From assembly GCA_964106645.2 (NCBI GenBank), contig OZ067040.1: a DNA stretch of 64,000 bases. One strand, 5' to 3'. Below are positions 13,227 through 27,149 of the stretch, piece after piece. The translations under genes were made by a program, and so were the position numbers. Each line of letters begins with the position of its first letter. The first letter of the stretch is position 1. The DNA is from Podarcis pityusensis (taxonomy: Eukaryota). The notes below the pieces were generated by a model. That model saw only the letters and a list, made by a program, of their open reading frames with translations, searched no databases and was not told the DNA's origin.

Positions 13227-13550
13227 CCTGAAGTAGCATTCTAGAGAACTCAAAAGCTTGCACACTTGTTTGTAACATTTTGGTTGGCCTAATACAGTGG
13301 TACCTCAGGTCACATATGCTTCAGGTTACATACGCTTCAGGTTACAGACTCCTCTAACCCAGAAATAGTGCTTCAGGTTAAGAACTTTGCTTCAGGATGA
13401 GAACAGAAATTGTGCTCCAGCGGCGCAGCAGCAGCAGGAGGCCCCATTAGCTAAAGTGGTGCTTCAGGTTAAGAACAGTTTCAGGTTAAGAACAGACCTC
13501 TGGAACGAATTAAGTACTTAACCTGAGGTACCACTGTAAAGGTATTGCCC
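13227..13550 (+). mobile_element. Penelope-like terminal-repeat relic (decayed hammerhead core), split by a MITE at its AATAAA
   Basis: cctgaagtagcattctagagaactcaaaagcttg...ttggttggcctaaTA[MITE]TAaaggtatt resembles the CTGAAGA...GAAA...gttggtcyaataaa end of reptile Penelope elements. Confidence 0.5.
13295..13536. mobile_element. Tc1/mariner-superfamily (pogo/Tigger-like) MITE, 242 bp, TA target duplication
   Basis: TA|cagtggtacctcaggt ... acctgaggtaccactg|TA: perfect 16-bp TIRs, internal gcttcaggtta repeats. Confidence 0.92.
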
Positions 13551-13811
13551 AAATATAGATTAAGGGATACCATGTTCTGAGTTAGTTCAAGCCAGCTAAC
13601 TCAACCGAGAACAGTTTAGGGCCATTTCAGCATGTTGGTGTGACCATTTTTTTGCAATCATCCACACATGTAGATCACTGCAAGTAACAATTACAAATGT
13701 CTGTATATAAATATGTACCTTGAGTAGCTACGTCTGGTGTGGGTGAAGGTTTTTGAGATTATACTGGACCTCAGCAGATCATACCAGCAAATTACACATG
13801 TTCACTGGCAC

Positions 13812-13993
13812 CATAGGTGCCAGCTCCTGGGGGGCTGAGGCACTTTCACCCCAATGTTTTTTTTAGGGGGGGGGCCCTCAATGTTCAGAAGGCATTTGGC
13901 TCTGCCCCCTGTCTCCTCACAACGTCATGTGTGTGACATCAGGATATTACAACCCTGGTCCCCCTCAATCATCTTGAGAAGATGACGCCTCTG
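13812..13993. mobile_element. hAT MITE with 8-bp TSD
   Basis: Ends cataggtgccagct ... agatgacgcctctg; TSD actggcac (13804-13811) / actgacac (13994-14001), 7 of 8 identical. Confidence 0.75.
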
Positions 13994-14994
13994 ACTGACA
14001 CAGTGTAGCTTCCTGAACCATAATAAGCTCTGAACCATAATATATGCATTTGTCATCTTACGTTATACTCACTTTCACCATGTCAGGAGAAGTATTGCAA
14101 CAGTCACCCCTGGATCCCTGGAAATTAGCACCCTTCTTACTTGTGCATAAGCAGAATCAGACACAATCTGTGAATTCTGGTTTTGTATGCAAGGAGTGTA
14201 AGAAATATCTGAGCAGAAGAAAAAAGAGAGGCTGACTTGTTTCTCTTCTTCATCTCTCTCTTATCCCGGAGAGGTTTCACATTATATTAGTGTTACCGAG
14301 GGTCCCCTCTGTACTCTCCGCAGCCAGTGCCTAGAAGCAAACCTGATGATAGTCAGTCTCTAAGAATGAGAATAGGAATCTTGTCACAAAGTGACAGTGC
14401 TAAGAGCCTTGGGCAGAGAGTCTGAAGTCAGCCAGCTGACAGCAGCAGTGACACCGGACGGCAGCTCTTTTCAACAAGACCCACCATTTCCAGCTGCCCT
14501 GAGGTTGGTGCTTCTCAAGGCAGCTCTCTGATCTGACTTTGACAGCATGTCTGGCTCAGCGTCCTTCATTGTACATCTTTCCCCATATGCAGAAGACAGA
14601 GAGAGAAAAGGAGAGAAGGCTACACGGTCATTCTCACATAAGCCGGAGAGCTTATCTTCTGACATTACTGAATCTCAACAAGATGATAATGTTTCTGTGT
14701 CAGGGCACCATTCCACCGTGCATTTCTCACTCCTTCCTTTAACCCTGGGCATGAACACAACATGGGCTTTGTTGAGAGCTGCAATCATGTAATCTTCCTT
14801 ACTGGTGGGGGTTGGAACTAGTTCTGTTATGAACACATGGTCTACACAAAGATCTATGCTTGTGTTATAAGGGGCTGCCTTTCAAAAACAGACCAGAAAC
14901 TTGCATGGGTTCAAAATGCAGAGGCCAAACTTTGGTTCTCATTGCTCAGAACACATAACTCTGTTTCTGTGTCATTTTCACTGTCTATTGGTTT

Positions 14995-15130
14995 CTGAGC
15001 TCAGCAGAAAGTACTGGTCTTGGCCTTTAAAGCCCTAAATAGTCCAAGACCCAGTTACCTTGAGGACCATTTTCTCTTATATAGTCCTCCCATAGAGGCC
15101 TTGCTCTCCATGCCATTGTCTCAGGCCCTT
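14995..15130 (+). mobile_element. Old L2 ORF2 3' fragment
   Basis: KVLVLAFKALNSPRPSYL-like translation, homologous to the L2 copy near 45 kb. Confidence 0.5.
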
Positions 15131-18100
15131 TGATGAGTGAACATGAGTCATGAGTCCTTTCTATTAGCAGCTTTGTGGATGTAGAAAGAGTGAGGAGACC
15201 TGTCAGGATTTATTTATTTGCTTTGAAACTTCTTTAGCAAAAGGGACTTGATGTTTAATTGTATTCCTTCTCAGCTCCTGCATTTTTGACTGCTGCTTTT
15301 GTTTAATATAATAGTTTGTTATTGCATTGGATTTGGCTTTTGGGTGGTACCCATAGATGGTCAGTATTTTGCACATACCAGAACTTTAGGTCTACATGAT
15401 TAAAAGTGGGTTAAAGCACTCTGTCACACTAGCACAACAAATGCACTTCTTTAAAAAAGCAAACAAACCAAAAACTTCCTTTTTGCACTTTGGAAAGTGA
15501 CTGAAAAATGCACCGAAAAGTGTGGGATCAATAGACGGTTAATGGGAAGAGGTGTAAACACAAGCAAATCAGAATGAATGTAGACTAAATTCTCATTATC
15601 ATATACTGGTCCAATAAACAAAACAGAACAAATATTCTGTAAAGTCCAGGCACAGTTTAAGCACAGCATAAGTTTTGTGTGAGCAAATCAGGATAAGATT
15701 GAAAAAACAGGTCATCTGGGGGGAGCCCTTGATATTTATCTCTGCTTTGTTTGATGTAGTTATTTCATGTAGTTTCTCTGAGTACCATGTTACTGCAGTC
15801 AGGTACATGTAGGGCTGCCTTACATGGTCCAAACATTTGAGTTGGGCAGCATGGATGTTAACTAGGACCAGCCAATACAATCATATTATGCCAGGCCTCT
15901 GTCATCTGCACTGGCTTCCACTATTTATTTATATTTTTTTTGCCCCAGTCCATTAGGATCCAACAACATCTGGAAAGCCACAGATGTTGGATACCTGATA
16001 TAAGCACATAGTACCCCACCTGGTTCAGAGGCATTTTTCTTTCTTGGAGTATACATGAAAAGCAGGTAGTAGCATTTAGTCACAATTACATGCTTTAAGA
16101 TTTTCCAAGTTAAATCAGTGCAAGTGAATTGCATGCTTAATTATCCTGTGATAATCAACAAAACTTACTTTTTATTGCATAGGATTGCAAACAGGATTTA
16201 TTTTCTCTGTTTTTGTTGTTTGTTAAAGCACTTTAATCCTACCTCTCCCACCATTTAAAAAAAATATAAAAAACATAGCCCTGCCTTGCATGGCCAATGA
16301 TTAAGGATGCTGAGAACTGTAGTGTTTTTGTAAGCTATTTTTAATCTGTATTTTATTAAAATATTCTTTTTATTATGTTGTATAAATGGCCTTAAGAAAG
16401 TTTTTGTAGGGTAGGATGTAAATCCTGAAATAAAGAAATACTACAACAGCATAATCCCAAAAGTGCTTAGTAGTTTGAGCTGAATTATGTCCATGCTTCC
16501 TAACAATACTACTGAGTAGAACGGGATTCCTTCCTTTTCCCAAAATGACCGTACTATATCATTATCCTCTTCTTATTTTCTTACAGAATGTAACTGTGTC
16601 TTACCAGTTCAATGAACATTAAGCGACTGGAAATTAGAATGTCACGTACATAATGGAATACACTGAAGAAAAACAGTGAAATGGGCTGAGAGATGTGAAA
16701 GCAGCAGCCCACACACTCTCAAACAAAATTGTCTAGCAACAGGGATATTAATAACTGCTCTCAGCCATTCTAGAATATTCTTCCATGGCTCTTGCTATCA
16801 CCTACTCAGTTTCACTTTATAAGAGAGACACCATCCTTTTCTTGGGTCAGAATATTTTGGTCTCTTCTAATTCTTATTTAAAACTCCACTGCCACCTTAC
16901 AAACAACGAGGTCATGTCACAAAAGAATCAATCATGCCACAATGTCCAAACCAGAATGCCAGGTACCTCTTTACACACCCCATAAGAAATCAGTGACGTC
17001 CTTCCTGCTTTGCTACAGAAATGAAGATTCAAAACGAACACACAAAATAATAGCTTCAAACCAGCCTCCCACTATGTAATGCTTTCCATATGCTTTGGAT
17101 CGCAGCTCCCATCAGCTGTGCTAGTTGGGGCTGATGAGGAGTCACTCATGGGCACATGAAACAGCCTACCAGAAAAAGAAATGTATATACATCATAGGCA
17201 CATCAGTGCTTAGTCAATGCAAATGGTTCCAATCAGGGCAGTGCCTGCAAATCTGGCATCAAAGTGGTGAAACAAGCTAGAAAAGCAATAAAGGGCAAGG
17301 TAAGCAAACTTTGCAGAAGTGGGGAGCACCTTTGGGTGTAGGACCACACTGTGTAAATCAGGATCAAAAACATGGAATTGACTGAGAAATCGTGGGGAGA
17401 TAAAACACAACAAAATTTTGGGGTGATTTTAGTACTCCTTGGTGCCAGAGAACCCACATTCTCAACCCACATTCTTTGATCTAACAAAAAAAGACAATGG
17501 AATTTCTTAGGCAGTTTGTGGGCTATAAAAAGACCTCTGTGCATCGCAAGTTGCCAGGCATATGTTGCCCACCTGAGAGAGCGAGTGCTTAAGGTTACAG
17601 TGGGTTTATATACTTCAGAGTTAAGCTATGCAAGGAAATTCACAATACCTGGAAAAAGAAGTCCTTTGGCTGAATGCAGGACTGTAACAAAATGAAAATG
17701 GGTACTTCTATAGCTTCTTTTATCCACAGATATCCCTCTAGTGCTCTTGAAACCATTAAGATAAATGTAAAAAAGAGAAAGAAACCCTGAAGCACATGAT
17801 GCTGACAAAATGGAAAGCTATGTAGTTTTCTATTTAGCCAGAAATAACCTCCTTTTTAAAATGACTCCTTTTCAAAACCAATGTCAGATTCTCTGTTGAC
17901 GTGCGTACACAGGAATTGAGCCATTAAAATGCATGAGCCTGCCCCAGTTTCGAAGAGGAGAGATTTGGGATCTTTATGGCTGTGCAATACTAGATATAGG
18001 AATGAACCCACATGATGGAAAAGCTACCAATGAATTTCAAACAGATCTTAGAAAATATTAAATGCTTAACCCTGGCTGTCAAATCAAGCAGTAAAACTCA

Positions 18101-18599
18101 AATATGAGGAATTAGACATCAAATTTTATTGCACATCAAATAACAAATATCAGGTGTCAAATATCAAATACTGACAGCACGGTCAAATGTTAAATTGTCA
18201 CCACAGTCTATTCCTCCTGCCAGCATGTCACAGTATGGAAAAATGGAGAGAAGCAAAAGTGAGGAAATACTAGGCTGAGACGAAGAGGCAGTAAGAGAAA
18301 AAAATTAAGAATGGAATACTGGTCTGAAGGGGAAAGATGTTATGTATATATCACCCCTGCCCTGCAATGAGGCACATCCTTATTTTATGTGATCCCCATT
18401 TTTACTCGTTACTTGGTTTTGTCTTTCACAGGAGCACAGAAACCAAGGAAGTTCCCTTCTACTGGTCCATCTAACAGCTGGCAGCAGCTGTCAGGGGTTA
18501 AGGCAGGGTTGTATCCCAGGCCTACTTAAAGATTGAGCCTGGGACCTTCTGAGTGCAAGGCAGATGCTATGGCCCTTCCCCCCCCCCAACACTTTACAT

Positions 18600-18735
18600 C
18601 AGCCTTCCCCAACTTGGTGCCCTGCTGATGTTGCAGGACTACAACTCCCATAATCCCCCACCGTAGGCTGTATACTACGGGATGGGGGTTGATGGGAGGT
18701 GTAGTCCAAAGGAAGGGCCGAGTTGTAGAAGGCTG
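18600..18735. mobile_element. Palindromic hAT MITE (same family as 63090-63226)
   Basis: cagccttccccaac ... gttgtagaaggctg ends; internal ggactacaactccca / tgggaggtgtagtcc inverted pair. Confidence 0.7.
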
Positions 18736-19909
18736 CCTTAAGTGAATCCCATTCAGAGCACCCTAAGTAAGAGTGACTTTCTTCTGCCGTCTCTGTTATT
18801 TTCTGCTGTGTTTGTGACAGACAGTAAGTGAGGGCATAACAACAGACAGACAAAAACATGGATGGAATTCTCTAACCAAGGAAGAAAAGGGTTGGCCTTA
18901 GGTACATCTTGCAGCCGTTTCAGTCTGTCCTTTCACATGAGGAGATAAGAATTCCTAGAAATCTGGCTGATATGAAGGCTCAGGAAGCACATGGTTGCTT
19001 TTTCTTGTTGCTATGCCTCTTGGAACAGAGCATTTCGGAAATTGCTCTTGAGCTTTATTTTCATTTGTTAGTGTGCAGACCACCTTTCTGTATAGAAATC
19101 TTCAAGGCAGTGGACAGAGCATAAAATCATGCTGTTCTCTGTACAGCCAAGTGTTCCCTTGTAGGCTTTATTCTGCTGTGCTTGTCACAGTGTGTCCAGA
19201 AGGGACGACTCTGCCACAGTGAGATCAGGGAAAACTCTTGCTTTGTTTATGAAAGAAACTTTCTGACAATATTGCCAGCAAAGAAAGCGCTACTAGGATG
19301 GGTAAAATGCAGAGACATCTTTTTTTTCTGGCTTTAACATTGGAATATAATATTTTATTATATCTTCATCCCATCCTTAGGAAGTCTTGCTTAAATCTTC
19401 TCCAGTCTGACCTTGGCATAATTTGCTTCAGTTTATGAGTCTGGAAAGGTGAGAATGTTCTTGGGGTTTGCTCTCCTGTTCAGTGTCTGAAAGTCATGTG
19501 TATAGGGTTTATGAAAGGACCTTTGTCCTCCTAGGAATGCTTTCAGAAAGCCTCTTTCATAAGTTGCATGTACATTGCATTCTCTCAGTGGCTACAGTAC
19601 CAGAAACATGCAGCTGCTGTTTACTTTTGGGGCAAATCCCCCCCATTGACACCAGTGGGGTTTTTCCTCTCAATGCAAAACCACCTTCTAGATGAGGGAT
19701 TTCCTTCAGCAGGGGAAGAAAGGGTTAAATTTCCCTTACACAGCTGACAGTGCATTGCCATCTTCAGCTGGTGCTAACTGCACCTTTCAAAACCTGCACC
19801 TTAACATGCAAGTAGCATCACATCAAATTTGACCTGAAGACTTTGCACATGTGGAAATGCAACCTCACCTTTACTTCTTAATTACAGTTTTGCTGTTTCT
19901 TTACAATGG

Positions 19910-20382
19910 CAGGCGTCATCAACGTTTTTGGACTAGTGGGCACATTTTGAACTCTGAGGGAATGCTAGGGGTTCCAGTCACAAAATGGCTGCCATGGAAA
20001 GGGCGTGACACAACACAAAATGGCTGCCACAGTGCGCATAGCATAACACAAAATCACAGAGAGACAACAATAACTAAGAGCCCTAGGCTTTCCATAGAAA
20101 ATCGCAGATCACTCACACACACACACAAACATCAATGTTTTTGCTATCTACAAACAACAGGGAGAATTCCTTGGTACCAGGAAAAATATGCAAGGTAGCT
20201 GCACCAATCTCATTTCACAGAGATCACTCAGAGTGTATCTGCATTTTTTTGCCTCATACCTTTCTTTCTAGTAGGGCTGAAGACTTGCTTTTTAAGAAAA
20301 TGAAAGCTTACAGTTTGGGGCACCCACCCAGGGGCCTTCAGAGGTGCCATGGCACCTATGGACCCCAGGTTGGTGACCTCCA
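19910..20382. mobile_element. hAT-type non-autonomous DNA transposon, decayed
   Basis: caggcgtcatcaac ... gttggtgacctc imperfect TIRs; internal caaaatggctgcc repeated twice. Confidence 0.5.
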
Positions 20383-22679
20383 TATGATATCAGAAGGAAA
20401 AGGACTCTAAGTGCATGAAGAAATATTCATTTGAGACCCAATTGATTTTAGAATAATAGCAATTGTGAGGGACACAATAGATATGAGAAATAAATGGGAA
20501 ATGCAACAGTCATGTGCAATGCATTATCAACGTCTTATAGTAAGTAAATATGAAAGTAATTATAAAATTGTTTATAAGAGCTCTTGTTAAGCAAAAACTA
20601 GAAATATAAAACAAGATACACTCAGGACAAAAGCAAATTAAAAACAGAACAAAGATCTAAAGATAGAACAACCCCTAGATTGAAACAAAGAAACCCCCTA
20701 ATTAATAAGGATTGAGATGTAAGCTAGAAAACCTTTCTCAAAAAATCTAAAAAATGATGTCCAGATTTTAATGATACAACCAAATACCTGTAAACCAGTG
20801 GTTATGAATAATGCTTACCAAGTGGAGAACTCCTGCAGGAAGCACCCAAAGGCCAGAACCAGTTGCCTCAGGAAGAAACCTTTAACAGGTGCAATGATTA
20901 GAGTTAATGTGGGGTAATGTTAACCCTTTAATGACTTAAAGGTACCTGAAGAGCTAAATGTATTTAAATGCCTGAACATAGGTGGCAAAAAAATGGGTTT
21001 TCTCCATTTTGACATTTGCTCTTAGTTACAGCTAAAGACCAGGTAAAAGAGCAGGCACAGGCGATTGGGGGGGGGGGGCACAAAATTGGCTTTAAAAAGG
21101 TCCATAAATATAAATATCGATCATTGCCTCATAAGAAATGGTTTTAAATAGAGGGTGAATTGAATGGGGGGAAGGGGGGTGGGTTGGAGGACAGGCAGAA
21201 AGAAGAGCTAATTTGTCCGTGGCTAGGGCGCGCAATCTGGACGGTTCTGCCAGACGGCTCTGCCCCACAATAGTGGGCTTAGCATCAGAAGTAATAATAC
21301 TGATAGCTATTTAAGGACAGTTGAAGCCATCTATCTTTCTTTCATAACTTGCTTTATTTTTCTTTGCATCTGGTTCCATTTATGACTCATCCTTCCCAAA
21401 CATCCATATGTTGCTGCAGAAGGACTTCAGCTTTACTTGCTTCATAGTGAGTTGTAGCATTGGCTGCCAGCCAAATAAATGTAATAAAACCACTCCCCCT
21501 CCCCCAATCCAAAATAAAAATGAAATCTCATTTGCAGTGAGAGTTAATTAGCAGTCTGTAAGCCATTTCAGCAACTTGTGTTGTGTTGTTGCCTGATATG
21601 CACCTTCCAACTCTGTTGTGGCATTTCATTAGCTACAATATGGAAAAGTTGGTTGGCTGCACATTCCAAACCTCGGCTGCTAGAGGAAATTTTGGACAGT
21701 CACCCTGTGGGCTCTCTGGGTGTCACTTTTTTGCATCACCTGTTCAGAGCACAGTGACGCTGATGAATCTTAACACTTTCAATATGGAGCTGACAACAGT
21801 GATTTTGCGGAAATAGGCAGCTTGTCAAGAAGCTTGCGTACAAAGGACTTGGCATGACATTAAAAACACTCAGAACACAAGTGACTAAAAACGTCATCAC
21901 TACTGAAGTTTTAGAATCTGAAAGACCAGTGGGGGGGGGGAGAGTGGGGGAACAACATTTTCAAATTACGGTACTTTTTAAATGTGATGTTTTTCATTCC
22001 TATAATTTAGCAAGACCTTGCTAGATATTGTGGATGGTATGTCTATAGTCAAAATCACTCCTAGCATCATTTAAATAAAAAAAAATTATTTGGAGTGTTT
22101 TTTTAAAAAATGAGCTTGGGTGCCTTAAGAGTTTTCCTTCCCCTAGGAAAATGTATGCAAATTTCACTTTCCATGAGGGAAGATTCTCAGGATCTCAACC
22201 TCTACTACAAATTGATGTTCGAAGGGGAGAAGGGAAGATGGACTTCATCTCACCTCTGACACCCTACATGGTTTCAGATCAGGATACCGAAAGAATATCT
22301 TGTCTGGCATAATCCTGCCCATTCTTTATGATTTGCTGGGGAGGCACTATTTTGTATCTCATCCAGATCTGAGACTCGTTTGCTAGAGACAGGTGGCTGG
22401 TAGAGAGGAGGCTCCCTGGAGATCCCTCTCCTTGACATATTTCTATCACCTCCTTCAGAGGTGGTTTCCTTTCTTATTTATTCATTAAATTTGAATGCCG
22501 CCCTTCATCCGTAGATCTCAGCAGGGTTTGCAACATAAAAATACAGCATGAAAACACAAAATACATGATAAAATCAAGAACAAAAAACACAAACCAATAA
22601 ACCTCCCTCCCCCTACTATATCAAGATATCTGAAATGCATATCTTGATATGCATTTAATTTTTATCTCTTTTTTAGCAG

Positions 22680-22993
22680 GCACGTCACATAGTGAAACTA
22701 TGGAATTTGTAGCGATGGCCACCAACTTGGATGGCTTTAAAAGATGATTAGTCAAATTCACGGAGGAGTAGGCTACTGGTGGCTTCTAATCCTGATGCTT
22801 ATGTTCTGCCTTCACTGCTGGAGGCAGTAATGCTTCTGAACACCCAGTTGCTGGAAACCACAGGAGGGGAGAGCGCTCTTGTGCTCGAATCCTGACTGTG
22901 GGTTTCTCACAGGCATCTAGTCGGCCACTGTGAGAACAGGATGCTGAACTAGATGGACCGCTGGCCTTAACCAGCAGACTCTTCTTAGGTTCT
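22680..22993 (+). mobile_element. CR1 LINE 3' end
   Basis: atggccaccaacttggatggctttaaaag...ggccactgtgagaacaggatgctgaactagatggac...cttcttaggttct is the squamate CR1 terminus. ttttatctctt occurs on both flanks (possible TSD). Confidence 0.8.
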
Positions 22994-25900
22994 GAATTTT
23001 ATTTTATCTCTTAGTCACTTGAATCCTATTTAACTATTACTTTTATTTTTAGCTGCTTAGGACTTTTCCTAAATGAAAAGGTGCGTTGAGAATGTACTAA
23101 AATAAACAAGACTTCTGCTGATGGGTGTTTTCTGAGAGATGTTTTCCTAGTTTGAGCAAGAGGCATTGAAACATCTTCCACAGGAATGTGTGGGACACTT
23201 GTGGGTGGTGGAAAATGGAGGGATGGAAAATCTCCTTCTCCCACCTCTCTGTGAATTACTCCGGGTCATAAATTCTCCTTGGCAATTATTGATCCAGTTG
23301 TTGGAATTTACCAGGTTACTCTTTCCAAGTTGAGATCACCACAGGTCTTGTTAGTTGCATGTCCTGTTAGTTGTGACTAGAAATGAAGGGATCTGCACAT
23401 AACCATACATACCTGCCCCATCACACCTGCTCCATGCCAGCCTCTGGGATTAAAGGAAACCTCTGCAAACAGGCAGCAGCAGAGTCTGGAGTTAAGTGAG
23501 GGTGGCAGAAAGAGCTGTTCTATGAATGCAAAGTAAAGCGACCCTGGAGATTGAGTAAAGGATTGCAAATGGCAAGAGTCTGGAAGCTTGAACAAGAAGA
23601 GTTTGGTAGATACAGCAGGACTTATGGTAAATGGAAATTATGTTCAGCAGAAAAATGAGAAATTCCAGGACATACAATGCGATTTTCTTGGCCTTTTTGT
23701 TGAGTCCTGGCCAGATGTCTGTTTCTGACCATCTGCAGTGCTCCCACCATTTTATTTGTACTGTTGTTAAAAATTTGATGCATATAAATAAAAACAAAAA
23801 ACAAAACAAAAAGAGACAGCAATGAGAGAAATGCACAGAGATATTTGTGCTGTGTTGGAATTTCGTATGCAAATCTTCAGTTTGGAAGAGATTTGGGACA
23901 ATGTTTTTGCAACCCTCCACTTGTGAAAACTTAATTGAACCCTTCAGGACAGTACTAGAAAAACAAGAGTGTGTTTAGAAGTGTAATCCACTTGCTTAGG
24001 GTACGTATTCAGGTATATTTTATCTGGACACAGCATAACAGCTTATTCTACAGATATTTTCACAGTGAGATGCTGGATGGATGATATCATAAAGACTGCA
24101 CCAGATGTTTCTCTGGGAATGCAGAAAAAACGTGTAGGCCTATCTTTCCTTCATGAGCGTTTGGAAGCCTGAATAGGTATTTTATTTATGAACCACTTTG
24201 CGAAAACACAATAGCAGGAAATCAGGATCATACCTCCCCTATAGACATGATGCACTAAGGCAAGCAGGAAAACTTTTCACTGAAACTTTTTACACATATT
24301 TACTTTAAAAAGCATAAGCCTTATTTTTTTGTGTCACAGAATTGGATCATCCTTTTCGTTCATGTTTTATTTCTAGTTCAATGATGGATACTAAAGGCAA
24401 ACACTTAAAAGTATCTGCATAGAGATGGATAGCTTGCTGGGATGTCTGAATTGGGCCCCTATTTCCTCTCTCCCACAGCTCCAGTTTACATTTTTATGCG
24501 CAGATCTCAAATCCCTTGGAAATGGATGGCCCTGTTCTAGGACTTGTCTGAAAGACAGGGAAGAATTCAGTTTGACAGTACAATATGCAAACTGGCGTTT
24601 GCAAGATGCAAAGCTGCTGCTTACACAGAAGGCTGCCTTACTGAGCCAGACCACTGGTCCATGTTTAGCCTTGTGTTCATCAACTGGTAGCAGCTCCGGA
24701 AAATTTCAGACAGGATTCTTTCTCAGACTGGAGTAACTGGAGATATCCAGAATTGTATGTGGCATCTTTTGCATGCAAAGCATGTGGTCCAATACTGAGC
24801 TACATTCCTTTCCCCAGGTTCTGGATACTCTTACTTGAAAACAAGCTCTTCTGGAATATTCAACTCTACATAAATGAGTTCAAACTGCTACCATATAATG
24901 AAGCCTGGGGTGAGAGAGAAATACAAAGATTATGTCACCCACCATTTCTAGGAATGATCCCAGATAACTATTGGGTCATGCTAAATGGGTTGTCCCTGAA
25001 AAGTGATATGGATAAACCAATCCAAATTAGCCTTTTCATGTATATGTAAGTCCAGGAACGTGTTCTATATATTACTGTGCAAAAATGAGCGGGGAGCTGG
25101 AACTATGTTGGAATTATTATTATTATTTATTAAATTTGTATACAGTCCTTCACCCGTAGATCTCAGGGCAGTTCACAGCAATCAGCTCAAACACATAGCA
25201 AACACAATTAGGAAGAATACCATATTCCTGTACCTTAATTTAACCAAAGATATCCACATTTCATTGACATTTTAGCAACAAATTAAAAGAAAATGAGCCT
25301 AGGGTAACAATGACACCCTGTGTCTCTTGTTAAAAGCTGATTTAGCCAAAGAGAGGTAGGTCGTCTTTTACTACCATAGAAGACGGTATCTGCAGGGACT
25401 TAGCACTGCTAATTCCCGCTCCCCCTACAATGGAATATAGAGGTAAGTGCATTGCTTATTTAACTCATTGCTGGGTTGTAACCCTGAAATATGTGCAGAT
25501 TAATAATTACAGATTTGTCAGGTTGTTTACAGACAACAAGCTGTTGTAGACTCATCTCTTTGGAAGATACTCAGGTCAAGAGGTTTAAACGTTTGAGTAT
25601 GGGCAGTGCTCAGATGATGATTTATGATGATTTTTTCCTTATTCAGAAGTGTGCAATGGATTTGGCAGAAATGTAGCAATAGGCAAGTCAGCCAAAGCGT
25701 CAACGGCTTTTACTGTTATTTCATGCAAAACCAGGCCAGTTACATGCGTGCTCATGCCCAACAAAATGTCACATTATGCAACATGCCGTCCAATCCTATA
25801 AGTCTTTATTTGGAAGTAGACTCATTTCTATGGGGCTTATTCATACATATAGAAGGCATAGGATTGCAGCCTAAAAGAGCGACATTGCTAGCCTGGAAAA

Positions 25901-26947
25901 AAAAAATTAAAACACATGAAAACTAGACGCTAGGTATGTAATGTAACTGTATATTTATTTCTTTTTTTTAAAGAACACTCCTTAAATGTATTGCAATTCA
26001 ATATACAAACTTTTTTCACAGAATTATAATCCACTAAATAGCACAGAAAAGACCCCAGAATTTTCTTGACTTGGGTGTATGCATGGATATTGGGGAGGGG
26101 CAGGGTGAAGGGAGCGGCCTCCATCATGCCTTCCAAACAAATAAGCAATGGTTCTTTCCCATCTCCTCCTGAAACCACTGCATGCTATAAATGCCCTAAA
26201 TCTCAAAGGAGAGAATTCATTTTCTCCGCTGACCTTTTCCCTTAGATAAGACGTATGGGGATGGGGATGGTAATTTTTATTCTGGTGAGAAAATGCCTAC
26301 CGGTTGTCTTGGTTGTCCAGAAATGGCTGTAAAGCCTTCGTCTAATATTCCCTCCCCTAACCCACCCTAAAGTCCCCACATACGAGTGAGATTACTTGGC
26401 AATATGACTAGGCTCCTTGGCTATCAACTAGTATGGAGGCTCCCCAGGTCATTTCCATGGCTCTACCTGCTGCATGCAGTGCCCAGCACTGACAACCACA
26501 ACTACCGGCCCCGCCGATAACAGAGATCTATACAGTCAAACATGCTTTCTCACCTGAGCTGGAAGCCTGATTCCGCTATAGTCAAAGCCAAGGGAGCCAG
26601 AGTTCCATTCTTCTTCTTCTTTTCTTTTTTAAAGACACTTTAATAAAGATATGTGGTGCCCTATCACCTGATCCTGCTTCCGTTCAAGTCAAATTCACAA
26701 CTTCCGCTGACTTCACTTGGAGCAGGGTGAGGTCTCTAAGTGTCCAAACAATCTACATGAAATTGCACCGCTTTTTTTTCCTTTTGCTTTTTTTAATTCG
26801 CACATATTTACATGGGGTGGAATGTTTTCCCATTTTCTTTTAAAGGAGCATATAGAGCAACATGTTCACATAAGACCAAATACTTTTAATATATTTATAA
26901 CTGTTTTATAAAGCTTTGAAAAAACTCACAATAGCACATGGTTTTAC

Positions 26948-26953
26948 TTTAAT
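26948..26953 (-). terminator. Candidate polyadenylation signal ATTAAA for HIVEP2
   Basis: Minus strand reads gcATTAAAgtaaaaccatgtgctattgtgagtttttt: a variant PAS followed by a GU/U-rich element, about 770 nt past the stop. An alternative ATTAAA lies at 26639-26644. Confidence 0.5.
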
Positions 26954-27149
26954 GCTTTACGGTACTATCTTTTTAAAACCACAATCAGCACTTTTAAGTT
27001 ATAGTCGATCCAGCAAACAAGAGACAAAAAATTACAAGAGTTAAGAATGGACTGATACATCCTTTTATCTTATTTTTGTTTTAAACTAATGCATAAGTGC
27101 AGAATAAGATACTCTAGTTTAAATATCTTGTTTACAATATACATTTTTT

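Noticed and set aside
13295-13536. Spaced gcttcaggtta repeats resembling a CRISPR array
   Set aside because: Eukaryotic DNA with irregular spacing; the repeats lie inside a MITE bounded by TIRs and a TA duplication.
1100-26900. ORFs of 60-160 aa in the downstream region (e.g. 3348..3824, 9701..10168, 23492..23920)
   Set aside because: No recognisable domains, many start at non-ATG codons, and they form no consistent exon chain. Several overlap repeats.
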